Source of the DNA: Fimicolochytrium jonesii | Lineage: Eukaryota | Reading direction: 5' to 3' | Length of the DNA: 64,000 nt | NCBI RefSeq assembly: GCF_025526975.1 | Contig: NW_026515682.1 | Location: forward strand, 620,001-684,000 | Shown: positions 50,201 to 61,831 of the stretch, in pieces | How positions within the stretch are numbered: position 1 is the stretch's first letter | Layout of the letters: each line of letters starts with the position of its first letter | Notes under the pieces: generated by a model | What the model was told of the DNA's origin: nothing | What the model saw: only the letters and a program-made list of their open reading frames with translations | Database searches by the model: none | Translations under genes and position numbers: made by a program

Positions 50201-51110
50201 TTCTTCTTGGCGAAGACGTCCGCAAAATCTTGGTATTCTTCAGGAATGATGGCCTTCGGATCTTTTGGAGAAGTGGTCGCCAGGGCTTGGGAATCTGACT
50301 TGGTTGGATTGGCGTAGGCAATGAATGCCTGGTCATGCCTTGCCGCCACACGGAAAGCTGGGGCGCTGTTAAACGATACGTGGATCGGTGTGGGTGCTGG
50401 GTCCAGTGTGTTGGGTGTCTGGGCTAGGGAGACTGAAATCTCGTCTTGATGGATACGGATCAGAGGTTCAGGGGTTCTTGAGGGCTTCAGGCTAGGTTCT
50501 GTTGGCCGGACATCCCAGGAGGCGTATTGTCCAAAACCGCAATGGCAGCGGACGCAAAGAGTGCGAGTCTTCCAATGTAGCTCCACATCATGGAGCTCAA
50601 ACCAGGGAAGCCCCAGGATGATTGGTGCATGCGGGGAACATGTCACATGGAATACCACCTCCTCAAAATGGTCGTTGACCCACATGCCCAAAGGTTGGGT
50701 GTGATGGGTAATGGAGCCCGCATGGCTGGGACGTCCGTCAACCAGTTCAAGCGCAATGGGGTCCTCCTTCTTGACAAGTGGGATGCGGTGCTTGCGGGCA
50801 TAACTTTCGTCGATGAAGCACAACATCGCACCGGTGTCGAGTAGTGCTGAAAGCTGAACTGGAGCACGCTGGGCCGATATCTGCAGGGTAACAGGGTACT
50901 AGAATGGTGAGGATGGGCCCAAAGTCCGCATGGGTGAGGGTATCTCAGATAGGAGATTGACATTGTTGGTGGTCAGGAGAAGGGTGTTGCTGGAGATGCC
51001 AGGATCGGAGCAAGGTTTTGTGGCTTCTCCCTTGGCAGTACTTGCGTGGTGAGAAGGCCCAGGACAGGTATTGCCCAGCTGCTCGGCCTTTACTGCAGCT
51101 GGACTTGGGC
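47292..51110 (-). pseudogene. Pol of family C element
   Basis: [37 protein letters not shown] / IVSDRGPQF; chromodomain EWIVEDILDS..LIKWQGW..NTWEP. Frameshift near 49410 and loss of the AFHPQxxGQ motif. Confidence 0.93.
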
Positions 51111-52037
51111 AAAATCCTGGATGGGTGCAGGTTCCTTAACCGCGACATTCGCCGTGCGTATCTTGTTCGGGCAGAGTTTGGCTATGTGGCCAGGTTTACC
51201 ACAATAGAGGCAAAGTTTGTTTGTGATGCGGTGTTGGCGCTCTAGCGGTGTGAGGGGTCCTCACGGACGAGCAGCGTCAATGATCATAGGGTCGTCTGGG
51301 CGGTTGTCGGGGCCCATGAGGGTGGGGCTAGTGGTAACTGGCACATAGGGCTGTCGGTTCCTGCTTCGCTCTAGACGGCGCTCAAACAATCGGTTGTCAC
51401 ATTGGATGGCCTGTTCCATCACGGTGTCGATTGAGGCGGTAGGGGGCATCGTGAGCATTAAGTCCTTGACGTCTTCTTTGAGGCCGCGACGGAAGGTGGC
51501 AATCAATGCCTGGTCATTCCACGACACATCGCATTGCAGCTGTCGGAATTCAGCTACATACTCTGTTGCTGCACGGGTTTGTCGAAGGTTCTGGAGCTTG
51601 TTTTCGGACGTGCGGATCCTGTCGCTGTCTCCAAAGACTGCTTGCATTTGCTGGATGAAATCATCCAGGTTCGTAAGGGAAAGATGGTCTTGTTCGACAA
51701 GGGGCGCCAGCCAGGCCTGGGCGGTGCCAGTGAGGTAGGTGCCAATAGTTCGTATCTTGGTCTGATCGTTGGGGTAGCGCCTGGGTTGGAGGGCGAACAT
51801 GAGCCGGATCTGGTTGAGGAACCCACGGAACTTGCTTCGGGTGCCATCAAATTTGTCTGGGAGACTGATTTTGGGTTCGGGGGCGTGGGTGGCAGGGGCA
51901 GTGGTCTGGGTTTGCGCTAGTTCGGCTTGTAGGGTGGTATTCTGCGCTCGAAGTTCGTCAATCGCATTGCACATGGCTTGCCAGGCTTCGGCCGTGAGGG
52001 GAAGGGCGTCGGACATGGTGATTTGGCGTGGAGGCAC
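51088..52037 (-). pseudogene. Gag of family C element (premature TGA at 51261)
   Basis: PDKFDGTR, LTGTAQAW; the frame resumes with CLYCGKPGHIAKLC; closely related to the family A gag. Confidence 0.9.
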
Positions 52038-52586
52038 AGCGGCTGAGGGTTGTTGAGCAGATCAAACTGTTAAGAATGGGCGGAGCCGACGGAAATAGAG
52101 GCGACTTGTGGTGCAGGTTGTTGACAGGTAATGGTGTTCAGACCGAAACAAGAACTAGAACAAGACTAGGAGGAACTGGTGTTGATCTGCTGGGGGATCA
52201 GGAAGTGGGGAGCTCAGGGGAGGCGGCTATTTATGTTTTTCTGGGAAGGCTGGGGAAGCGTGGGGAAGCAGAAGGGTACGGAATCAGAGGGAAGCCAAGA
52301 GAAGCGCCAAGGGTGGGGAAGCATAGAAACAGAAGACTGGGGATGGGGTGGCTACGCTGAGGCTGTGGGCGGGTACGTGGGGAAGTATGGAAACAGAAGA
52401 CTGGGGATGGGGTGGCTACGCTGAGGCTGTGGGGAGAAATGAAGGCAGTGGCAGGTGTGGGGTAGCGCGGCTGCGTGCGGCTGCGATGTTTGGCAGATGT
52501 CAGGTTTTGACAGGGAATTGACATTGACTGACTGTTGGGATGCTGTCATGAGGTAAGCGCATGGTATGGACGCGTCGTCCATAACA

Positions 52587-54098
52587 CCTTTGCGAGCTTT
52601 TTGAGACGGAACTTGCTTTCGGTAATCACCTCCGACAGGTCCAGAGGGGCAATCCCGATGTTGGCAATCTCACAGAACAACTTGAGCGTGTCGAGATTAG
52701 AGTTGTTCAAGCCGGCGAGGCGCTTGATTTCCAAATCGTCAATGAGCTGCTCGAAAACCATGCACTTGGGACGCCTTTGACCATCGCTGACGCGGCCTAG
52801 GCCTTCAAACAAATGAAAGCATGTGATCATGTTGGACAATTTTGGGTGGCGGACGCGATAGAGCGCTTGGGGGAAGTCTCGGGACGGGAGGATGAGCGCG
52901 TATAGACAGAATATTTGATCGGAAACGTCCTTCCTGTCAAAGTTTACGCCGACCAATATCGCGCTGTTCGTGACAATGCAACGCATTTCATTTCGGCCCC
53001 ATATCACGTTTGCATCGCATAGGTCCTGCTTTTCCTGCTCCTCCTCAGCATAGTAACTGAGAACCTCCCACTTGTCTGTCCAATCGAACGCCTTCAACAG
53101 TACCTGAGTGATGGTGTTGATCCCCTGTTTCCCTTTCTTGAAGGGGGTGAAGACGTAAAGCTTTTCCCCCACCTCAAGGGCTTGATACATCATGGCCACC
53201 CAGTTGTCAAACGCGCGGGGTGTGTCGTCGGGAGCCACAATACGTAACGTGCGAGATGTTGGCTGCCTTGCCGTTTTGAATACCTCCAGGTGATCGCTGA
53301 TGTTGCTCGACGTCTTTCGTATGAAGCCCTTCACTAAGTTTGTCGTCGCCTTCTTTGTCAACGCATCCATGAGAATGACTTTGGCGGCGTTATCTATGAC
53401 GCTATTAAAGGCCACCCAGTTCGTGTTGAGATTGTAATGCATATTGGCACCGCCTCCGAATGTGTTCAAGATCGTTTTGATCTCATCGCCAATGACAATA
53501 TCAAAGGGCTTTGAGAGGTAGTGAAGCGACTGGATCGAGCAGATAACATAAGGTCGTTGGTCTAGCGCCCCCACCCGCTTTTGCTCTACGGTGATCTTCG
53601 TGTAGTTGATAAAAGAGATCCCGGCCTCCTCTAGCCTCTGTTCCGTGTTGGCGCTAAGAGTGATCCGTGGAGCTAGCCACAAGACACGCTTGCCGATGCC
53701 GTATCGCTTGATGAATGCGACAACGGCTTCGGTTTTCCCGCTTCCCATAGGCCCAGTGAACGGAAAACTTGACCGATGGTCTCGTCCCCTCTGCCTGCGG
53801 AAAGAATCGTCTGACGCCTTTTGGGTCAATCGGTGCGACCTTTGGAGGTGAAATATCTCTGAAGTCATGGAACCGTCGTGCACGCCTTCCGCAATTCGAT
53901 CCTCCAATAGTTCGAATTGGTCTCGGAGGCGCAGAGTGACTTTTGTTTCCTTGATGTTCGGGAAGAACTGGACCAGGAGATGGTCAAGGAAAGAGCGCGA
54001 CAGGCCGTACTGACCACAGCCGCGCCAGGCTTCCTGTTGCTTTTTGAAGTACGTCACGCTCGAATCCTTTTGCTGAACCCAAGCCCAGAAGTCTTCAT
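52587..54098 (-). pseudogene. Middle piece: superfamily 2 helicase, UL9/origin-binding-protein-like
   Basis: GPMGSGKT (I), WLAPRITLS (Ia), ICSIQSLH, IVIGDEI (II), ILMDA (III), TNSAILVGVNFD (V), QALYRVR (VI); no introns. Confidence 0.88.
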
Positions 54099-54794
54099 TG
54101 TTATGGACGACGCGCCCATACCATAAGCTTACCTACTGACAGCCGCCAATGTCAACCGCCAAATGTCAAACGCCAATGTCAATGTCAATGTCAGTGTCAA
54201 TGTCAGTGTCAACGCCAATGTCAATGTCAATGTCAGTGTCAACGTCAGTGTCAATGTCAATGTCAATGCCACTCCCCCTCTCTCCTCTCATTTCGCCAAT
54301 CCTCTTGCAATATTGCCACTCCCTCTCTCTCCTCTCATTTTGCCAATCCTCTTGCAATATTGCCACTCCTCCTCTCTCCTCTCATTTCGCCAATCCCCCC
54401 TCGGCTTCTCCACACACCCCACTGCTTCCCCATAGCCAGCAGCTGTAGCAATGCTCTCTACGCTCGCCACGCACGCTCTAGGAGCATAGCTGGCGCCCCC
54501 CAGTCCCCTCTTGTTGTTGTTGTTCTCTGATCTGCTGGATTGCCTATCTATAAATAGCTGGCCTCTCTTCGTCCATTCCCTTCCTCCCCAGCAGATCAAC
54601 ACCAGTTCTTCTCATCTCCTGTTCTAGTCCCTGGTTCTTGTTTCGCCAATACAATCTCTTGTCGCCTATCACACTCGCCCTGTCTTCTCTACTTCGGTTC
54701 CGCCCCCGTTGTCGAGATCATAACAGTTTGATCTGCTCCAACACTGCAAAGTTCAGAACCGGTCCAGCCCTGCATCCGACAAACCTTTTTCGCC

Positions 54795-55793
54795 ATGTCC
54801 CAACCCGAATCCGTACCTTTCACCGCCAAGCAATGGAACGATATGTGCCAAGCCATCGCCGCCTTGCAAAGCCAAAACGCCAACTTGCAGGCTAACCTAG
54901 CGCAAGCCCAAGCCGACGCACAAGCTGCTCAGAGCATCGCCGCCCAGTTTCAAGCCGATACGTACACCCGTCCCCAAGTCGCCAACCCTGCTTTGGAGCC
55001 AAGAATCAGCTCGCCCGAGAAGTTTGATGGTACCCGCAGCAAATTCCGTGGGTGGTTGAACAACATCCGGTTGATGTTTGCTCTCCAGCCCGACCGCTAC
55101 CCCAGCGACATCATCAAGATCCAAACTATTGGCACCTACCTCACCGGCACTGCACAAGCCTGGATGGCGCCCCTAGTTGAACGCCAAGATCACAGCCTTC
55201 AGGACTTCGATAGTTTTATCAGTCAGATGCAATCGGTCTTCGGAGACAGCGACAGGCTCCGCACCTCTGAAAACAAGCTCCAGAACCTTTGCCAAACCCG
55301 TGCAGCAACCGAGTACGTCGCTGAGTTCCGCCAGCTACAATGCGATGTCTCCTGGAACTACCCGGCCCTGATTGCTACCTTCCGCCGTGGCCTCAAAGAA
55401 GACGTCAAAGACCTGATGCTCACAATGCCCCCTGCGGCCACCATTGATGTGGTGATGGAGCAGGCTATCCAGTGCGATAACCGACTGTTTGAGCGCCGCC
55501 TGGAGCGAAACAGAAGCCGCCAGACCGTCCCGGTTCCCCACACCTCGTTTACTACTACCACCACTGTCGACCACAGCGAGCCTATGAAGATTGACGCCGC
55601 TCGTCCCCGCGGCCCTCTGAGCCCTCAGGAACGCCAACGCCGCATTTCCAACAACCTCTGCCTTTACTGCAGTGGCGCGGGGCACATTGCAAAAGTCTGC
55701 CCCGTCAGGAACAAGACCACCACCCGTGCCGCCAACGTCGACATTCAAGAACCCTCCACCGAACAGGGTTTTCCCAAAGTCCAGCCGCAGTAA
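54795..55793 (+). CDS. Gag of family A element (332 aa)
   Basis: PEKFDGTR, LTGTAQAW, zinc knuckle CLYCSGAGHIAKVC. Confidence 0.93.
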   Translation: MSQPESVPFTAKQWNDMCQAIAALQSQNANLQANLAQAQADAQAAQSIAAQFQADTYTRPQVANPALEPRISSPEKFDGTRSKFRGWLNNIRLMFALQPDRYPSDIIKIQTIGTYLTGTAQAWMAPLVERQDHSLQDFDSFISQMQSVFGDSDRLRTSENKLQNLCQTRAATEYVAEFRQLQCDVSWNYPALIATFRRGLKEDVKDLMLTMPPAATIDVVMEQAIQCDNRLFERRLERNRSRQTVPVPHTSFTTTTTVDHSEPMKIDAARPRGPLSPQERQRRISNNLCLYCSGAGHIAKVCPVRNKTTTRAANVDIQEPSTEQGFPKVQPQ

Positions 55794-55810
55794 AGCCCCA
55801 GCGACTGGAC
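55766..55810 (+). promoter_or_regulatory. -1 ribosomal frameshift signal (G GGT TTT plus downstream hairpin)
   Basis: Heptamer is in the gag frame; the -1 frame is open into the protease; GTCCAG...CTGGAC stem. Confidence 0.75.
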
Positions 55811-58800
55811 AACACACACCGCCCCGGGCCTCCTAATCTCGCAGCTCCTGCAACGGGAGAGGCCATTCCCCTGGTTCCCGACTCCGTTATAGCCGACACA
55901 ACCCTCCTAGCCACTGCCCATGTCGAAAACTCCGAAATTAACCCCCGCGCCATGCTTGCGCTGGGTCCCGTCGAACCCTTCAACTACCCCGTTACCATCA
56001 TGGTATCATCCAGCCGCGCCCCAATACCTACCTCAGCCATGATCGACAACGGTGCCCTGTCCTGTTTCATCGACAGAGACTTTGCCCGCAAACACCGCAT
56101 CGCCCTAGTCCCGCATCAGCGTCCACTGACCATCGAACTCGTTGACGGTCAACCCAGCTCTGCTGGGCCAATCACCCATCACACCCAACCAGTAGGCATG
56201 TGGGTCGATGACCACTTCGAAGAACTCGTCTTCCATGTCACCAAATCACCCCATGCTCCAATCCTCCTTGGTCTCCCCTGGCTCCGCCTCCACGACATTA
56301 ACCTTGACTTCAAGAACCTTTCGGTCCGTTTCCGTTGCGACTGCCAGTACCATGAATTCGCGAATTGGGACAACTCTCCAGCACCCCCGAGCCCAGCACC
56401 CGCCAGAAGCCCCCGAGCCCTTGATCCGCATCCCCCAGGATGAAGTCCCCGTCGACAAAGCATGGTCGATTCCAGTACCCAAGGTATCTCGCTCCAGCAC
56501 CCCAGAACCGGCTCCCACGCCGCTCCGAGTCTCGTTCATCTCCGCCCCAGCCTTCCGGGTCGCAGCAAGGCATGACCAGGTCTTTGTCGCCTACGCCAAC
56601 CCTGCGAAACCCGATCTCCCGGCCTCGCCTAGCCCTAGTAACCCCCCTGACACCCGAGAAAGACATCAAAGACTTCCTGCCCCCCGAGAATCAAGACTTC
56701 GCCGACGTTTTCGAAAGGAGAAAGGCTGACACTCTCCCCGAGCACCGGCCCTACGACTGTCCAATCGATCTGGAAGAAGGCAAGCAGCCACCTTCCGGCC
56801 CGATCTACAGCCTCAGCGAACCAGAAATGAAGGCACTCTGCGAATACCTCGAAGAAAACCTCGCCAAAGGATTCATCAAATCCTCAAAGTCCCCTGCCGG
56901 TGCGCCAGTCTTATTCGTGAAGAAAAAGGACGGTTCTCTCCGCCTCTGCATCGATTATCGAGGCCTGAACAGCATCACGGTGAAGAATCGCTACCCCCTG
57001 CCCCTGATCAACGGTATCATGGATCGTTTGCGCGGCGCCCGCCGTCTCACCAAGATCGACCTCCGCGGCGCTTATAACCTCTTACGCATGCGCCCGGGCG
57101 ATGAATGGAAGACCGCCTTCCGCTGCCGCTACGGCCTATTCGAATACAATGTCATGCCCTTTGGACTCAGCAATGCTCCTGGCGTCTTCCAGTACCTGAT
57201 GAACGACATCTTCTGCGACATTCTCGATGTGTTTGTTGTCGTCTACCTCGACGATATCCTGATATTCTCCAAGAACCCCGAAGATCACCCCAAACATGTC
57301 CGCGAAGTCTTGTCCCGCCTCCGACAGCATGGGTTGTACGCCAAACCAGAGAAGTGCAAATTCAACCGCGAATCCGTTGAGTTCCTAGGCTTCATCATCT
57401 CCGAGAAAGGCATCCAGATGGACCCCAAGAAGATCGCTGCCATCACGGATTGGGAACCTCCCAAGAACGGTCAAAGGTGTCCAGCGGTTCCTCGGCTTTG
57501 CCAACTTCTATCGCCGATTCATCCAAGGTTATTCCAAGATCGCTACCCCGCTCACAGCCCTGACCCGGAAAGACATCCCGTACGCCTGGACACCCGCCGC
57601 AAACACCGCCTTCGAGAACCTGAAGAAAGCATTCACCACCGCCCCCATCCTTGCTCACCCTGACCCAGAGAAGCCCTTCGTCGTCGAAACTGACGCCTCC
57701 GACTTCGCTCTCGGCGCAGTTCTCCTCCAACCTGACCAGGACAATCAGCTCCACCCCGTGGCCTTCCACTCTCGCAAATTCACGGCCGAAGAGATCAACT
57801 ACGAGATCTACGACAAGGAACTTCTGGCCATCCAAGACTCCTTTGCCCAGTGGCGACACCATCTCATTGGCGCCCGTCACAAGATCACCGTTTACTCCGA
57901 CCACAAAACCTTCAGTACTTCATGACCACCCGCACCCTGAACCGCCGCCAAGCCCGCTGGTCGATATTCTTCTCGGATTTTGACTTCGTCATTACCTATC
58001 GCCCCGGTTCCCAGCAGCACCAAGCTGATGCCCTCTCCCGACGCTCCGAACATGAGCTAAAAAGGGGGAAGAAGCGTCCCGCTCCCAGGCAACCACAATT
58101 TTGACTCCCAAACGCCTTCGACTCGCCGCGGCCTACCTCACACCCATGGATACCACGCTGCTTGACAAGATTAAGGCCGCCCAGGCCTCTGATCCCCTCG
58201 CTAAGACCATTCGCGAAAAGCTCAAGATACCCCTCGCCCAACGAACCGAGGAAACCCAAGATCGTATCAAGCGGTTCTCAGATGAAGATGGGATCCTGCT
58301 GCACGGTAACCTGGTCTATGTCCCCACCAACGAGCTCCGAGCTGAAGTCTGCCACGACATGCACAATACACCCCTAGCCGGCCACTTTGGGATGTCCAAG
58401 ACGCTCGAACTCGCCTCCCGCAACTACTGGTGGCCCAGCTAGTGGCGCTTCATCAAGGCCTACGTCAAGTCCTGCGATACCTGTAGCCGAGCGAAATCCA
58501 GTCGACACAAACCGTACGGCCTACTCCAGCCCAACAATATCCCTACCCGCCCTTGGGGATCTTGGCCCCTGGACTTTATCACCGGTCTGCCCCCCGTGGA
58601 CCGGTACGACTCCATCCTGAACGTCAACCGTCGCCTCACCAAGATGGCCCACTTCATCGCCTGCAGCGAGTCAGAATCCGCCGAATCCACCGCCGACCTA
58701 GTCTTCCACAACATCATCCGTCTCCACGACCTCCCCGACGACGTCATCTCTGACCGAGGACCCCAGTTTAAGTCCCGGTTCTGGCGTCTACTTCTCGAAC

Positions 58801-59678
58801 TCCTTGGGGCAAAAGCCAACCTCTCCTCGGCCTTCCACCCCCAGAGCAATGGCCAGACGGAATGCACCAACCAGATCCTGGAACAGTATCTCCGATGCTT
58901 TTGCAACCACCAACAGGACAACTGGAAACAGCTTCTGTCGTCCGCCGAGTTCGCCTACAACAACACCCACCAGTCCGCCTCCCAGACCACCCCCTTCTAC
59001 GCCAACAAGGGTCTCCACCCCCGCTTCAGTTTCGCGGCCTCTGCTACCTCCGAATCCGTCAACCCCGCCGCTGAAGCCCGCGCTAAACAAATCAGGGAAG
59101 TCCATGAACAGCTCGCCCTTGAGCTCAAGGAAGCCCAAGATCAAATGAAGCGCTACGCCGACGCTAAACGAATTCCTGGACCAGACTTCAAGCCTGGCGA
59201 CCACGTCTGGCTCCTCCGCAAAAACCTCCAGACAACCCGGCCCTCTCAGAAACTCGACCATCGCAAGATTGGGCCATTCCCCATCGTTGAAAAAATCAAT
59301 CCCGTCGCCTACCGGCTCAAGCTCCCGCCTACGTACAAAATCCACGATGTCTTCCATGTCTCGCTCCTCGAACCCCGCTTCACCATCCCCGAACGACACG
59401 AACCCGAACCCGTGCCCCCAGAGACCGTTGAGGGTCAACAAGAGTGGGCTGTCGAAGCCATCCTTGACTCTTGCATCCATTGTCGTCGCCTGCAGTACTT
59501 GGTCAAATGGCAGGGCTGGCCTGACTCCGAGAACACCTGGGAGCCCGTGGAACATCTCACCCATACAGACGCACTCCTCCAGGACTTCCACAGCGCGTAC
59601 CCCAACAAGCCTTCCTCTGTCCCCGTAGCACCTCCTCTGCGGCCACACCAAACCCGACGCCGCCGCCGCCGCCGCTAA
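55766..59678 (+). pseudogene. Pol of family A element (several frameshifts, stop near 58440)
   Basis: [53 protein letters not shown]; chromodomain EWAVEAILDS..LVKWQGW..NTWEP. Confidence 0.94.
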
Positions 59679-60317
59679 AAGAGAGGGGTGATGTTATGGA
59701 CGACGCGCCCATACCATAAGCTTACCTACTGACAGCCGCCAATGTCAACCGCCAAATGTCAAACGCTAATGTCAATGTCAATGTCAGTGTCAATGTCAGT
59801 GTCAACGCCAATGTCAATGTCAATGTCAGTGTCAACGTCAGTGTCAATGTCAATGTCAATGCCACTCCCCCTCTCTCCTCTCATTTCGCCAATCCTCTTG
59901 CAATATCGCCACTCCCCCTCTCTCCTCTCATTTCGCCAATCCTCTTGCAATATTGCCACTCCTCCTCTCTCCTTTCATTTCGCCAATCCCCCCTTGGCTT
60001 CTCCACACCCCCACTGCTTCCCCATAGCCAGCAGCTGTAGCAATGCTCTCTACGCTCGCCACGCACGCTCTAGGAGCATAGCTGGCGCCCCCCAGTCCCC
60101 TCTTGTTGTTGTTGTTCTCTGATCTGCTGGGTTGCCTATCTATAAATAGCTGGCCTCTCTTCGTCCATTCCCTTCCTCCCCAGCAGATCAACACCAGTTC
60201 TTCTCATCTCCTGTTCTAGTCCCTGGTTCTTGTTTCGCCAATACAATCTCTTGTCGCCTATCACACTCGCCCTGTCTTCTCTACTTCGCTTCCGCCCCCG
60301 TCGTCGAGATCATAACA

Positions 60318-61172
60318 TTCATAGTCAATTCCAACGTCCCAACACCAGAGCATGACACGCCAGATAATGTCGTGCCGAAGAAAGCCGTCTTCCGCCCGCT
60401 TGGCGCAGGGCAAGATGGCAAGTTTGCCGAGAGGTTCTGCGGTGAGCCAACCGAAATCGGTGGGGACTTTGAGCGTTTTCTTTGGCAAAGCCAGGATGCT
60501 TAACTTGGTGGCAGGGGAGCCGTCTCGCCGTTTCGTGGCGAGTTCTGGAAGCATGGGAAAAGAGAGCGTCGCAATATCAACAGCATGGTCGTCAAAATCG
60601 TGCATTACTAGATGCTTTGACCATTCCGCGTCTCCCTCGATGTAAGCTTGCCTGGGTTGATTGGGCTTCGCCTGGTTGATGCACTTGAAGTTTCGATTTT
60701 TCGTGTAGACATGGGTGTCAAATCCTAGCTCTTTGTATTGATGGACGAAACGCACAACGGGTCCCATAGCCTCCAGGTTTTGCGCGTAGTAATTTGAAAG
60801 GATGATGTGCCAGGACCCTTCTCTGCCCGATATCTGGAGTCGGGCATTTTGAAACTCCCCGAGTATGACCCTCTTGATTTCGCTTAGCGGGGTCTCGGCC
60901 TTGTCCACGTCAAAGTAGAGTTTCCGCACATGGTCAGGCACAAGAATCTTGTAAATCCCGGCCTTCCACCTGAGAAGTTTGCACAGCTGTTCCCTGGTGA
61001 CGGCGGACCACAACCGGCCCTTCTTTGCCGTGAAGGATAAGATCGGGAACATTTCGTCCGTCAGATGGCGTAACACATGATCCTGTGTGCCGGTTTTGTC
61101 AACGTTGTTATTTCCGATCCATTCAATCTTCCATGAAGTGGCCTTTCGAAAAGCTGTGGCGTCGGCCGTCAT
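60318..61172 (-). pseudogene. N-terminal piece: archaeo-eukaryotic primase (PrimPol/large-DNA-virus type) and start of a PriCT-like domain
   Basis: KLYFDVD (DxD), GSWHII (SxH), FDTHVYTKNRNFKCINQAK; joins 54093 in frame across TSD TTCAT (WDVGIDY-EDFWAWVQQK). Confidence 0.88.
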
Positions 61173-61294
61173 TCGTAAGATAGCCCTCGTCACTGATATC
61201 CGAAACCAAAAAAAAGAATCAATTTTGGACGCACCATGTGTTCAGAGCGGGCAAATCATTTTTACCTTCCTATTATCTAGACAACTGATAGGCG

Positions 61295-61825
61295 ATGGGC
61301 GTTCCTCTTTACAAATACACGGCGGTGCTCTCTCTCCCGACCCGTGACGTGCAAGCAGTGTTCACTGCAAACACGCTACAGGGACTCTCACAGCAGCTGG
61401 GCTTATGTCCAGACACGATTCACCGGCTGGTCGTCAAAGGTGACAATACAGGTTATAAGAAACTGGTGCCTTTCAGTATCAAGCGGGAGGCGTTGCCGAA
61501 GGCCATCATGACGTCGAAACCTGCAAACATGAACGGTTGGAAGGTTCCGCCCATGGGTGGTGGTCCGACGCCGGTTACCCAGACTCCCATTGCCGGCGTC
61601 TGGACGAGCAAAGTGAACGAGGATACCCGGTCGGTGATCGTTATGGCAAAAAAAGGTGGACTTTTCCGGGAAAGGGAGGGGGAAAGAAAGGGTCAAGGAT
61701 TTTCTGCCTGTAGAACAACTGAAGATGCTCGGTCGGTTCAAGGGATGCAAGATGGGTTGACTCCCTGCCGATCCGGAGGCCAAGCGAAGGAGGTCAGCTG
61801 GATATATTTTGGAACAACCGGTTAA
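61295..61825 (+). CDS. Small ORF divergent from the primase-helicase; N-terminal HTH-like segment
   Basis: ATG ~120 bp from the primase start; TLQGLSQQLGLCPDTIHRLV helix-turn-helix pattern; 3' half uncertain. Confidence 0.5.
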   Translation: MGVPLYKYTAVLSLPTRDVQAVFTANTLQGLSQQLGLCPDTIHRLVVKGDNTGYKKLVPFSIKREALPKAIMTSKPANMNGWKVPPMGGGPTPVTQTPIAGVWTSKVNEDTRSVIVMAKKGGLFREREGERKGQGFSACRTTEDARSVQGMQDGLTPCRSGGQAKEVSWIYFGTTG

Positions 61826-61831
61826 TATGAG

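Larger units (their letters stand above)
46761..52586 (-). mobile_element. Full-length Ty3/gypsy chromovirus, family C
   Basis: 519-bp LTRs (46761-47279, 52068-52586) differing at about 3 sites; TSD CCTTT; gag-PR-RT-RH-IN-chromodomain. Confidence 0.97.
54099..60317 (+). mobile_element. Full-length Ty3/gypsy chromovirus, family A
   Basis: LTRs 54099-54725 and 59692-60317; TSD TTCAT at 54094-54098 and 60318-60322; PPT AAAAGAGAGGGGTGA. Confidence 0.97.

Noticed and set aside
58788..59651. Long antisense ORFs over gag/pol and ABCB (also 10811-11653, 19380-19991)
   Set aside because: Shadow frames arising from codon bias of the real genes.
60261..60317. C-terminus of the 310-aa primase ORF (and the last residues of the 52546-54057 ORF)
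   Set aside because: Read-through into LTR sequence; the real frame continues on the far side of each insertion.
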